From positions 1 to 62,151 of IMG/VR virus record IMGVR_UViG_3300049203_000084: DNA of 62,151 nt, one strand, 5' to 3'. The notes under the pieces were generated by a model. The model made no database searches. It was not told the DNA's origin and saw nothing but the letters and a program-made list of their open reading frames with translations. The position numbers and the translations under genes were made by a program. The stretch is from a virus. Lineage: Duplodnaviria > Caudoviricetes. Below, piece by piece: positions 26,998-35,758 of the stretch (the first letter of the stretch is position 1; each line of letters begins with the position of its first letter).

Positions 26998-27251
26998 TGA
27001 GCAAGCGGACAACGGCGTCCCTCCTCTGGGAGCGGCAGGCCACCTACAACAAGCGCATGAGCAGCATCGAGCGGCTGACCACAGCTGCACAGGACTACAC
27101 CTTCCCGGCAGGGCAGGCGCAGGCAGGAATCCAGCTGGCCACCGTCGAGGTGCCGTGGCTCCTGGCGGAAATTGAACGGCTGAAGCTGAATCTGAAGGAC
27201 CACATCAATGACATCGAGCACCCCACCCATACGGTGGCTTCGGTCGCATGA
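26997..27251 (+). CDS. Hypothetical protein
   Basis: TAATG coupling; VPWLLAEIERL. Confidence 0.65.
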   Translation: MSKRTTASLLWERQATYNKRMSSIERLTTAAQDYTFPAGQAQAGIQLATVEVPWLLAEIERLKLNLKDHINDIEHPTHTVASVA

Positions 27252-27546
27252 CCCCGAGGCCCGCCCGCTCGGCTGCAACGGCAAGTACGGCTCTGGTGGA
27301 GCCCGCAGACATCACCGCAGAGGCGAGCCTGTGTGTGCCAAGTGCAAGGCCAGTGACAACCACTATCGCCGCGAGAAGCGCCGGGGACAGCGGCTGGCAA
27401 GGCGGAAGGCACCATGTGGCACACCAGAGGCAGCACGGCGTCACAGGCACCAAGGGGAGCCCGTGGACATGGCCTGCAAGCTCGCAGACGCAGAAGCAGC
27501 TCGGGCATACCGGGCCGCACGCAAACAATCCGTGAAAAACCATTGA
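27208..27546 (+). CDS. Basic protein with two Cys/His repeats
   Basis: C.G..GARRH.R.GEPV...CK occurs twice; start uncertain. Confidence 0.55.
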   Translation: MTSSTPPIRWLRSHDPEARPLGCNGKYGSGGARRHHRRGEPVCAKCKASDNHYRREKRRGQRLARRKAPCGTPEAARRHRHQGEPVDMACKLADAEAARAYRAARKQSVKNH

Positions 27547-27624
27547 CAGCTTTGCGCGTGGGTCTATAGATTTGTCCTGTAGCACTCCACAAATAAAAAC
27601 CACACACTGCACAAGGAGCACATT

Positions 27625-27765
27625 ATGAGCAAGCGCAACGCACTCGCAGAAGTTATCCGATACTCACGCGGTGAGGACGCCAGCGTGCGGCCCAGTGAGC
27701 AGGACTTCACCACTGCCGATGCCATTCTGGCTGAGGGCTACGCACAGACCACGAACAACAAGTAA
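27625..27765 (+). CDS. Small hypothetical protein
   Basis: Promoter TTGACA-18-TAGATT; leader with AAGGAGCAC. Confidence 0.65.
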   Translation: MSKRNALAEVIRYSRGEDASVRPSEQDFTTADAILAEGYAQTTNNK

Positions 27766-27779
27766 CCAAGGAGCATCCA

Positions 27780-28202
27780 ATGTCACCCCTGAACCTCACC
27801 GTCGATTCCCCGGCCCCGGTTGTCACCAAGCCCGCCGTCTCCGAAAACCTCCTGGAGCTGCTGGCCGAGCAGGCGCTGGAAGCCCAGCAGGAAGCCGACA
27901 AGGCCGCAACCGCCGCCAAGGCAGCCACCGAGAAGTTTCGCAAGGCCCTCGAAGCAGCTGGCAAGCTGGACGCGGACACCAAGGTTGTCGGCATCGTCCG
28001 CACCACCATCTTCCCCACGGCCCGGTTCAACGAGGACTTGGCCCGTGGCCTCCTCACCAAGAAGCTCCAGAAGGAGTGCGAGAAGACCGTCCTGGACTCG
28101 GCACTGGTCAAGGCCAAGGTCTCCCCGGAGCAGTACAAGCAGATGCAGGCCGTGACCGGCATGACCCTGAAGCTCTCCATCGACAAGGAGCAGGTCTCCT
28201 AG
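27780..28202 (+). CDS. Hypothetical Ala/Lys-rich protein
   Basis: AAGGAGCA RBS. Confidence 0.75.
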   Translation: MSPLNLTVDSPAPVVTKPAVSENLLELLAEQALEAQQEADKAATAAKAATEKFRKALEAAGKLDADTKVVGIVRTTIFPTARFNEDLARGLLTKKLQKECEKTVLDSALVKAKVSPEQYKQMQAVTGMTLKLSIDKEQVS

Positions 28203-28265
28203 CTTTCGGCTCCGATTACTCAGTAGCTACTTTTCATCCACATATCAGTAAAGCAGGAGCACACC

Positions 28266-28640
28266 ATGAACCCCACCGTCACCAAAGAGCAGGCGTGGAC
28301 CATCTTCCACGCCGACAAGATGGGCTGGCGCGAGCAGGCTGATTCAGCCCTGAAGAACATGACCGGCCCGGAGCAGCAGGCCTATCAGGTCCACGCCGAA
28401 GAGTTCGAGCTGGCGCTGGCCAAGCTCGGCATCGAGGCCCAGAACGAGGGCGCGGCCATCTGGGCCGACAACCCCAACACCCAGTTCGTGCTGGAGAACA
28501 CCAAGCCGTATGACCTGACCGCAGACCAATACTGCGCCATCATCCAGCTGTTCAAGGGCTCCAAGTTCGAGCGTCTGCATCTATCGGCCATGTTCCGCGT
28601 CCAGAACGCTGAACTCCTCCTGGAACTGGTGAAGCCATGA
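28266..28640 (+). CDS. Hypothetical protein
   Basis: CAGGAGCAC RBS. Confidence 0.7.
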   Translation: MNPTVTKEQAWTIFHADKMGWREQADSALKNMTGPEQQAYQVHAEEFELALAKLGIEAQNEGAAIWADNPNTQFVLENTKPYDLTADQYCAIIQLFKGSKFERLHLSAMFRVQNAELLLELVKP

Positions 28641-29002
28641 ACAAGATCGAATCAGCCCACGACGTATTCTGGCTGGCCCGGTACGCCCACAACACCCTCG
28701 ACCCGCTGTTCAAGGCAGCCAAGCAGTACGATCCCACCATCCAGTGGAGCATCGAGCTGACCTTTGCCGATAAGGACTCCCAGTACGCCAAGAGCAACCA
28801 CGTCACACTCAGGGCACACTGGGCACGGGAACAGCCGATCATGCTCTTTCAGGTTCCCCACCTCTACGACAAGGGGGGCGTGGACGGTGCGGCAGCCAAG
28901 CTGCAGGCCTGGATCGACGCCGAGCAGGCCAAGCTGGAGGCCGCTCACGACGCCGCTGTCTCCTACTCCATCTCGACCGTGGAAACGGGTATCGCGGCAT
29001 GA
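28637..29002 (+). CDS. Hypothetical protein
   Basis: ATGA coupling. Confidence 0.7.
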   Translation: MNKIESAHDVFWLARYAHNTLDPLFKAAKQYDPTIQWSIELTFADKDSQYAKSNHVTLRAHWAREQPIMLFQVPHLYDKGGVDGAAAKLQAWIDAEQAKLEAAHDAAVSYSISTVETGIAA

Positions 29003-29286
29003 GCAAGTCCAAGGCGTTCCTCCAGCTGATCGCAGACAACCCACCACCTTGCAAGACCATCGGTGACCCCGAGCTGTTCTTCCCGAGCTACGCCGAGGGG
29101 AACGAGTTTCAGGTCAAGCAGGCCAAGGCAGTGTGCCGGAAATGCCCGCTCACCACCCAGCTTGGCTGCCTGGAGTTCGCCTTGGACACCGATGACCAGT
29201 TCGCAGTGCTCGGCGGCACCACCCCCGCCGAGCGCACCATCATCAAACGCCGCCGAGAAGCACAAGAAGGGAGGCTGGCAGCATGA
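28999..29286 (+). CDS. whiB: WhiB-family Fe-S transcription factor
   Basis: C..DPELFFP..AKAVCRKCP..CL..AL..VLGG.T..ER. Confidence 0.9.
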   Translation: MSKSKAFLQLIADNPPPCKTIGDPELFFPSYAEGNEFQVKQAKAVCRKCPLTTQLGCLEFALDTDDQFAVLGGTTPAERTIIKRRREAQEGRLAA

Positions 29287-30074
29287 CCACGACAGCACTG
29301 GAGACGTTCACCGAGGCGGATGTCACGGCAGCGTTCACCAAGGGCTTCACCCGGCAGTCCGAGCGCGACAAGCAGGTCAAGATCGGGCCGTCAGAAATCG
29401 GCGGCTGCACCTACTGCGTCGGCTACACGATGGCCTCGAAGCTCTGCGAGATGCCCAGCCGGGATGACGGCTTCGGCTACGCCGCCTGGATCGGGACGAT
29501 GGCCCACTTCTGGCTGGAGCAGAATCTGGTGCTGGAGCACCCCGTCACCGGGGAACCGCTGGACACCCTGCGCGAGCACAAGGTGAGCGTGTTCGACATC
29601 CCGGACTACGGCACCATCAAGGGCCACCTGGACATCTACACCCCGGCCTTCCGGGAGACGGGCGACTACAAGTTCCCCGGCAAGTATTCGCTGGAGAAGC
29701 TGCAGACCTCGCTGGCCAAGCGCCGCAGGGCTCTGAACGCTGGAGACCTGGAGGAGGCAGCCAAGTACGGCCCCAGCCTCCAGTACCGCTACCAGCAGCA
29801 GCTGTACGCCCACGGACTCATCCAGCTGGGCTACGAGGTGGAGCGGTGCCGCATCATCTTCCTTCCCCGGCACACGAACGACATCCGCGATGTCATCCAC
29901 TGGGTGGAGCCCTACCAGCCCGAGATGGTGGAGAAGGCTTTGGCCCGCACCATCCTCATCTGGGAGTACGTTCAGGCAGGCCAGCTGGGCGAACTGCCTT
30001 CGGATGATGACTGCTACTCCTGCGACCGCGTGGGCCGTGGCGACCTGACCAACTACAACGAAACACTCAACTAG
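29283..30074 (+). CDS. Cas4/RecB-like PD-(D/E)XK exonuclease
   Basis: GPSEIGGC, GT..H, GHLD..DYK, Q..LY, terminal CYSC. Confidence 0.85.
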   Translation: MTTTALETFTEADVTAAFTKGFTRQSERDKQVKIGPSEIGGCTYCVGYTMASKLCEMPSRDDGFGYAAWIGTMAHFWLEQNLVLEHPVTGEPLDTLREHKVSVFDIPDYGTIKGHLDIYTPAFRETGDYKFPGKYSLEKLQTSLAKRRRALNAGDLEEAAKYGPSLQYRYQQQLYAHGLIQLGYEVERCRIIFLPRHTNDIRDVIHWVEPYQPEMVEKALARTILIWEYVQAGQLGELPSDDDCYSCDRVGRGDLTNYNETLN

Positions 30075-30083
30075 GAGAACATC

Positions 30084-30941
30084 ATGACAACCACAGACAT
30101 TGACCCCGATGAGGCCCTGGCAGCCCTTGCAGCCGAGGCTGAGGCAGCCGAAGAGAAGCCCGTCAAGAAGGCCGTGGCCAAGAAGCCCGCTCCCACCAAG
30201 GACTTGTTCGACCTGTCCAGTATCCCCGGCGTCAGCATCGGCGCACCGCGCGAGATGACCTCCAAGTTCAGCATGATGCTGTACGGCGGCAAGGGCGTCG
30301 GCAAGACCTCGCTGCTGGGTGATTGCGCCAACGTCCCGGCATGGGCTCCCATCCTCATCCTCGCCACCGAGGACGGCTCCAGTGTGCTCCACCGGGACTA
30401 CGCCGACAACCCGCTGGTGCGCGTGGTGAACATCGAGGACTGGGCTACTGCGGCCCCGCTGATCCAGGCAGTGGCCGAGAACGAGACCATCTACAAGACG
30501 GTGGCCATCGACACCCTGCCCGAGCTGCAGGAAATCAACAAGCTGCACATCACCAACGAGGGCCAGAACGAAATGCGCATCCAGGACTGGGGCACGCTGG
30601 CGGACAACACCATCAACGTGGTCAAGATGCTGCACCGCTCGCCCTACGTCAACGTCATCTTCACGGCCCACGTCGAAAAGGTCCAGGACGACGCAGGCAA
30701 GGTGCTGTACTCGCCCTACCTGCTGGGCAAGAAGTCCCTGCAGGAGGCCATGAAGCCCATCGACATCGTGGCCTACCTCGCCGTCGTGCAGGACAAGAGC
30801 ACCAAGGAAAGCATTCGTGTGCTCCAGGTCCACCCCGATGGCAAGTTCGACGCCTCGGACCGCTCCGGCAAGCTGCAGGGGCAGTACGTCGATCCCCACA
30901 TGATCGACCTCTACACGGATTTGATGGCCGAAAACCAGTGA
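30084..30941 (+). CDS. AAA ATPase (Sak4-like recombinase)
   Basis: LYGGKGVGKTS, VAIDT, IFTAH; lies between the exonuclease and SSB. Confidence 0.85.
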   Translation: MTTTDIDPDEALAALAAEAEAAEEKPVKKAVAKKPAPTKDLFDLSSIPGVSIGAPREMTSKFSMMLYGGKGVGKTSLLGDCANVPAWAPILILATEDGSSVLHRDYADNPLVRVVNIEDWATAAPLIQAVAENETIYKTVAIDTLPELQEINKLHITNEGQNEMRIQDWGTLADNTINVVKMLHRSPYVNVIFTAHVEKVQDDAGKVLYSPYLLGKKSLQEAMKPIDIVAYLAVVQDKSTKESIRVLQVHPDGKFDASDRSGKLQGQYVDPHMIDLYTDLMAENQ

Positions 30942-31041
30942 CACCCAACGAGCCTAGTGATAGGCTTTTCCCTATCGCTTACTAGTTCAGTAAGTTCTTC
31001 TCAAAAAATAACAACCCACCCATCCAGTAAGGATCACCACA

Positions 31042-31623
31042 ATGGCACGTCTTAGCCTCAACGTAGACCAGGAAACCTTCGAGAACGCCGGTCGGAGCTT
31101 CACGCCGGTCCCGCAAGGTGACTACAAGGTCAGCATCTTCGCCATCACCCCTGACGAGGTGAAGAACGGCGAGAACAAGGGCAAGCCTCGGCTGAAGTTC
31201 CAGTTCCGCATCGCGGACGGGGAAGAAGCCCCCGATGGCACCAAGCAGGGCAACCGCCGCCTGTTCTCCGACATCAACGCCTTCGACGGCGTGGACAAGA
31301 AGACCAACAAGCCCACCCCGCCGTTCGACCTCGTGGCCATCGGCAAGGCTCTCGGCTACAGCGCCGAAGACCTGAAAGACCTCGACACGGACGACTGGCT
31401 GGGCGAGGAACTGCAGGTCACCGTCAAGCACACCCGCAAGCAGCATCAGGTGAACGGCGCTTGGGTCAACATCGAGCCCGCCGAGTACCGCGAGACGGTC
31501 CGGGGCTACCGCTCCCTGGCCTCCGTCGAGACCTCGGTAGCCGCCGCTGCAGCCGTCGCAGGCAAGGCCCCCGCAGCCTCCACCGGCAAGGCCAAGGCTG
31601 CCGGAGCCAAGTTCAAGCTCTAG
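31042..31623 (+). CDS. Probable single-stranded DNA-binding protein (DUF669-like)
   Basis: FTPVPQGDY..; position after Sak4. Confidence 0.7.
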   Translation: MARLSLNVDQETFENAGRSFTPVPQGDYKVSIFAITPDEVKNGENKGKPRLKFQFRIADGEEAPDGTKQGNRRLFSDINAFDGVDKKTNKPTPPFDLVAIGKALGYSAEDLKDLDTDDWLGEELQVTVKHTRKQHQVNGAWVNIEPAEYRETVRGYRSLASVETSVAAAAAVAGKAPAASTGKAKAAGAKFKL

Positions 31624-31671
31624 GCCCCCCACCCACCACGCACCAACGAACCCCAAAGGAGGTGACCCATT

Positions 31672-31698
31672 ATGTGGCGCTGGATCATTTCTCACTAG
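31672..31698 (+). CDS. Putative 8-codon mini-ORF MWRWIISH
   Basis: Extended SD AAAGGAGGTGA at 31655-31665. Confidence 0.4.
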   Translation: MWRWIISH

Positions 31699-31705
31699 CA
31701 GTACC

Positions 31706-31752
31706 GCCCAGCCTGTGAAGGCACACAGCCCGTTCGAGACGGGCGCTGGGCA
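31706..31752 (+). ncRNA. Minimal tRNA-like element 4 (47 nt)
   Basis: GCCCAGC/GCTGGGC+A acceptor; TGTG-AAGGCA-CACA D-like arm; GCCCG-TTCGAGA-CGGGC T-arm; no anticodon arm. Confidence 0.7.
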
Positions 31753-31766
31753 CTAGGCAATATCCG

Positions 31767-31790
31767 GGCCAGCGGAAGCTGGCCTTTTTA
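31767..31790 (+). terminator. Intrinsic terminator
   Basis: GGCCAGC-GGAA-GCTGGCC-TTTTT. Confidence 0.8.
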
Positions 31791-31834
31791 TCGGCAGGAG
31801 CAACGCTAATGCGTATCAAAGCAAGTGGGGGAGC

Positions 31835-34054
31835 ATGAGCCAGCAGGACGAGTTCACCACATTTCTCTGGGAAGGGCTTGAAGGCCGAGCGGTCATCGCC
31901 CTCATGGACGAGCGGGGAGCCCCTACCAACCAGCGGTTCTTCAGCTGGCCGGAGCAGAAGGCGCAGCTGCTGGGGTACACCGCCAAGCAGGCCGCGCACG
32001 ACACCTACACCTCACCGTCCCTGTTCCGGGCCACCAACGCCCGCAAGCGCAGCGTCAAGTGCATCCAGGTGGTCCACGCCGACGCCGACACCTTCAACGT
32101 CGAGGACGCCCTGCTGGAGCCGTCCGGCATCGCCACCACCTCCGAGGGCAAGACGCACCTCTACTGGAAGATCACGGACTGCCATGACCCGGCCCTGATC
32201 GAACCGCTCGCGCACTCGGTCTCGGACACCCACGACAAGGCAGAGACCGGGCTGGACAACGGCTGGGCCGTCAACAAGCTCCTCCGTGTGCCGGGAACCT
32301 CAAACACCAAGTATGACGAGCCGTTCCTTGTCACTTTCGAGAACACCGGCCTGACCTACACGCTGGACGAGTTCGCCGCAGCCTACCCGCCCGTCGAGCA
32401 CACCTCCGTGCTGAACGCGGACATGGGCGAACTGCCCAGCTACCCGGCAGCCCTGAAGTCCCTGAAGGCCTCGCCCAAGCTCCTGGAACTGCTGAACAAA
32501 AAAGTCGCGGGCAACGTGGACCGCTCCGACGCGCTGTTCCTGCTGCACAACGAGGTCTTCCGCTGCGGCGGCACCAACGAGGTGGCTTTCGTCATCGCCC
32601 AGAACCACGTCCTGAACAAGTTCAACGAGAAGAACAACTCGGACGAACTGCTCTGGGAGGACGTGCTGCGCGCCCGGTCCAAGTCCGAGATTGGTGAGAC
32701 CGAGGACGAGGAGCTGGAAGGCGTCAACGTCACCGTCGAGCCCAGCGTCAAGGACAAGTCCGTGGACTTCCTCTCGGCCACCGAGAAGGCAGGCCTGCAG
32801 CGCACGTTCGTGGATGACTACATCGCATGGGCTACCTCCAAGACCGACGCCGCGCAGGAATACCACGTCGCCTCGGCCTTCATGATCCTCTCGACCGTGT
32901 TCTCCGACTTCGGCCACGCGGTCCCCAAGTTCGGCAGGTTGCCGTTGAACCTCTGGTTTATGGTGCTCGGGGAGACCACCCGCTCCCGGAAGTCCACCAC
33001 CCGCGCGCTCGGCCTGCAGTTCATCAAGGCCCTCGCCGTGGTGCCCGAGACGGAGGGCGAGGTGGACTTCAACTATGACCTCGGCTCCGACTTCACCCCG
33101 GAAGCCCTGGACAACGAACTGCTGAAGCGTCCCAACCGCTCGGCCCTGCTGCACCGCGATGAGGCGCAGGGCTGGATTCAGGAAATGGACAAGAAGGCCT
33201 ACATGGCTGGGGCCAAGGGCAAGATGACCGAGCTGTACGACGGCCACGTCTCCGGCAAGCTGCGCGCCACGGGCGATAACAACCGGCGCGGCTCGGTGGA
33301 CGTGGCCCTGACCCTGTTTATGATGGGCATCGCCTCGCAGGTGGCTGACTACCTGACGCAGGACGACTTTCGCTCAGGCTTCCTGACCCGCTTCATCTAC
33401 ATCGAGGCCACCCCGCCGCCGCGCTCGGCCCAGTCCGACTGGCTGGAGCAGGCCGACATCCACGAGGTCAAGCAGGGTGACGAGGTGTTCACCGCGATGG
33501 TGAAGCGCATCGAGACCGCCCGGAACCACTGGGCCAGCTTTGCGGACCCCGACGCTCCCACGGTGCCGGTTCCCTGTGTGCCGGAAGCGTGGCTGCGGCT
33601 GAACAAGTTCATCACCGACGTGCTGGACGCAGCCGAGGGCCACCAGCGCCACCAGATCATCGAGGCAGCCAGTGACCGTCTCACCAAGTCCATCCTGAAG
33701 GCAGCCACCCTCCTGGCGATGCTCGACTGCTGCGACAAGGTGCAGGTGCCCCACATGCTCGCGGCCATCAACTTCGCCAGCAGCTGGTTCACCCACATGG
33801 TCAACATGGCCAACCGCATCTCCGAGTCCAGCTGGGCGCGCAGGCAGACGCAGGTTGAGGAGTTCCTGCTGGAGAAGGGCGGCACGGCCAAGTGGGAGGT
33901 GGTCTACCGGCAGTTCCGGCAAGACCTCCGGGCCGATGAGTTCCTGAAGATCATCCAGGCGCTGCAGGACGCAGGCATCATCATGGTCACCCCGTCAGAG
34001 AAGGGCGTCCGGTGGATCACCCGCGTTGACATTGATGAGGAGCTGGCCGCGTAA
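31835..34054 (+). CDS. DNA primase (RepB/AEP-like) with C-terminal P-loop-like (DUF3987-type) domain
   Basis: HADAD, TSEG.THLYW, LLRVPGTSN.K; LGETTRSRKST and RDE. Confidence 0.8.
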   Translation: MSQQDEFTTFLWEGLEGRAVIALMDERGAPTNQRFFSWPEQKAQLLGYTAKQAAHDTYTSPSLFRATNARKRSVKCIQVVHADADTFNVEDALLEPSGIATTSEGKTHLYWKITDCHDPALIEPLAHSVSDTHDKAETGLDNGWAVNKLLRVPGTSNTKYDEPFLVTFENTGLTYTLDEFAAAYPPVEHTSVLNADMGELPSYPAALKSLKASPKLLELLNKKVAGNVDRSDALFLLHNEVFRCGGTNEVAFVIAQNHVLNKFNEKNNSDELLWEDVLRARSKSEIGETEDEELEGVNVTVEPSVKDKSVDFLSATEKAGLQRTFVDDYIAWATSKTDAAQEYHVASAFMILSTVFSDFGHAVPKFGRLPLNLWFMVLGETTRSRKSTTRALGLQFIKALAVVPETEGEVDFNYDLGSDFTPEALDNELLKRPNRSALLHRDEAQGWIQEMDKKAYMAGAKGKMTELYDGHVSGKLRATGDNNRRGSVDVALTLFMMGIASQVADYLTQDDFRSGFLTRFIYIEATPPPRSAQSDWLEQADIHEVKQGDEVFTAMVKRIETARNHWASFADPDAPTVPVPCVPEAWLRLNKFITDVLDAAEGHQRHQIIEAASDRLTKSILKAATLLAMLDCCDKVQVPHMLAAINFASSWFTHMVNMANRISESSWARRQTQVEEFLLEKGGTAKWEVVYRQFRQDLRADEFLKIIQALQDAGIIMVTPSEKGVRWITRVDIDEELAA

Positions 34055-34458
34055 TGCACTCTCTCGACTACTTCACACAACGCTCGGCGGTGGATGAGAA
34101 CTTTTGCTGGGTCTGGAGTCTCCACATCACCCGAGGCGGCTACGGAAAGTTTCGTTGCGGCCCCAAGTGGTATCAGGCTCACCGAGGTGTCTACGAGGCG
34201 GTCTTCGGGAGGTTCGATGCAGGCCTGACCGTCGATCACATCTGCTTCAACACCGCTTGTATCAATCCGGCGCATCTCCAGTTGCTGACTCTGAAAGAGA
34301 ACCAGAGACGCCAACGTAGCGCATTTGCAACGTACTGCAAGTCAGGCCATCTGTTTGATGAGGCAAACACCTACATCCGTCCTACTGGGCAGAGACAATG
34401 CCGCAAATGCAACTCCCTGGCAGCACAGAAGCTCAACATGAAGAAGGTGGCGGCATGA
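34054..34458 (+). CDS. HNH endonuclease
   Basis: CWVW..GYG..AHR..DHIC..CINPAHL..N; CKSGH..CRKC. Confidence 0.9.
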   Translation: MHSLDYFTQRSAVDENFCWVWSLHITRGGYGKFRCGPKWYQAHRGVYEAVFGRFDAGLTVDHICFNTACINPAHLQLLTLKENQRRQRSAFATYCKSGHLFDEANTYIRPTGQRQCRKCNSLAAQKLNMKKVAA

Positions 34459-34730
34459 GGCAGTGCGAGTGGTGCAGCGAGGAGTTCGAGCCCACCGGCA
34501 CCGATCAGGCCTACTGCAAGCCCCGCCATGCCAAGAACGCCCGCCTGAAGCGCAAGAAGGAGAAGGACTTGCTCGCCGCCGCAGGCAAGTGCCCGACACC
34601 CTACAAGCGGGTCTACGTCAACGAGGAGCACGCCCAGCGCCGGGGACTGCTCCCCAACCAGTACCTCTACCGATGCTCCTGCGGAGCCATCCACTCGGCA
34701 ACCGTCAAGACCAAGAAGGCAGCAGCATGA
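34455..34730 (+). CDS. Zn-binding hypothetical protein
   Basis: CEWC..YC..H; CP..K..YRCSCG..H. Confidence 0.65.
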   Translation: MRQCEWCSEEFEPTGTDQAYCKPRHAKNARLKRKKEKDLLAAAGKCPTPYKRVYVNEEHAQRRGLLPNQYLYRCSCGAIHSATVKTKKAAA

Positions 34731-35149
34731 CCGCCCAAGTTGAAGACATCTTCACCGCAGACCTCACCAACGTCCAGGACAGGATGCTGCTGGGGCTCAC
34801 GCGGGCCAAGGAAATCTGGGTGCTGGCCGCACTGGCTGACCGGAAGCAGCGGCTGCTGATGGCACACGAACTGCACGCCTACGGACTGTTCAGTCTCAAC
34901 CAGCTGGCCAAAATCTGCCGGATCAGCGTCCCCACCGTGTGCCGCCACATGAAGAAGAACGCTGTCGGCGGGAAGTTCGAGCCCGAGGTGCTGTCCCAGC
35001 TGGTGTACCTGCGCAAGCTCGTCATCGTCAACCAGCCCATCCCTGTCTCCTTCATCAAGGGAGCCGTCGAGACCGGAACCTCGGTCAGCACCATCGCCCG
35101 CCTCACAGGGGCATCCGAAACCAATCTGTACCTCAAAGTCAAGCAATAG
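34727..35149 (+). CDS. HTH DNA-binding protein
   Basis: SLNQLAKICRISVPTV and SVSTIARLTG (two HTH-like motifs). Confidence 0.65.
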   Translation: MTAQVEDIFTADLTNVQDRMLLGLTRAKEIWVLAALADRKQRLLMAHELHAYGLFSLNQLAKICRISVPTVCRHMKKNAVGGKFEPEVLSQLVYLRKLVIVNQPIPVSFIKGAVETGTSVSTIARLTGASETNLYLKVKQ

Positions 35150-35158
35150 GAGCACACC

Positions 35159-35758
35159 ATGACTGTTTTAGGACTCACCGGATTTGCCCAGAGCGGCAAG
35201 AGCACTGTCGCCAACTACCTCGTGGAGCAGCACGGCTTCACCCGCCTGTCCTTCGCGGCCCCGCTGAAGCAGATGCTGCGGACGCTGAACCCCATCATCG
35301 CCTTCGAGGACAGTGGGGACACCCGAGTCGATCAAGTCCGTGTGGGTGATCTGTTCAACGGAGGCTGGACCGAGCAGGACATCAAGGCCGATACCAATCT
35401 TGGCCCTGAGTACCGCCGTCTCCTCCAGGTGCTCGGCACCGACTGTGTGAGGGCCGTGCAGGAGGACTTCTGGATTCGAGCAGCCGAGGCTCAGATCACT
35501 GACCCCGCCGCCAACTACGTCTTCGATGACTGCCGCTTCCCCAACGAGGCCCAGTTCATCGAGAGCAAGAGCCCTCTCGGCCTGTGGAACATCCGGCGCG
35601 GGGGAGTCACCGCTGTCAACGGCCACGTCTCGGAGCAGCACGCCGGGAACATGGGCGAGTTCGTCACCCTGTTCAATGACCGGACCATCGAGATGCTGTT
35701 CGAGAACGTGGATGTGGTCCTCGACTTGGTTCAAGGGCAGGAGGCTCAGGCAGCATGA
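35159..35758 (+). CDS. Deoxynucleoside monophosphate kinase
   Basis: GFAQSGKST, FAAPLK, RRLLQVLGTD, DCRFPNE, HVSE. Confidence 0.9.
   Translation: MTVLGLTGFAQSGKSTVANYLVEQHGFTRLSFAAPLKQMLRTLNPIIAFEDSGDTRVDQVRVGDLFNGGWTEQDIKADTNLGPEYRRLLQVLGTDCVRAVQEDFWIRAAEAQITDPAANYVFDDCRFPNEAQFIESKSPLGLWNIRRGGVTAVNGHVSEQHAGNMGEFVTLFNDRTIEMLFENVDVVLDLVQGQEAQAA

Noticed and set aside
29283-30074. CRISPR-Cas system suggested by the Cas4-like gene
   Set aside because: No array or other cas genes; this is the standard phage exonuclease-Sak4-SSB recombination module.
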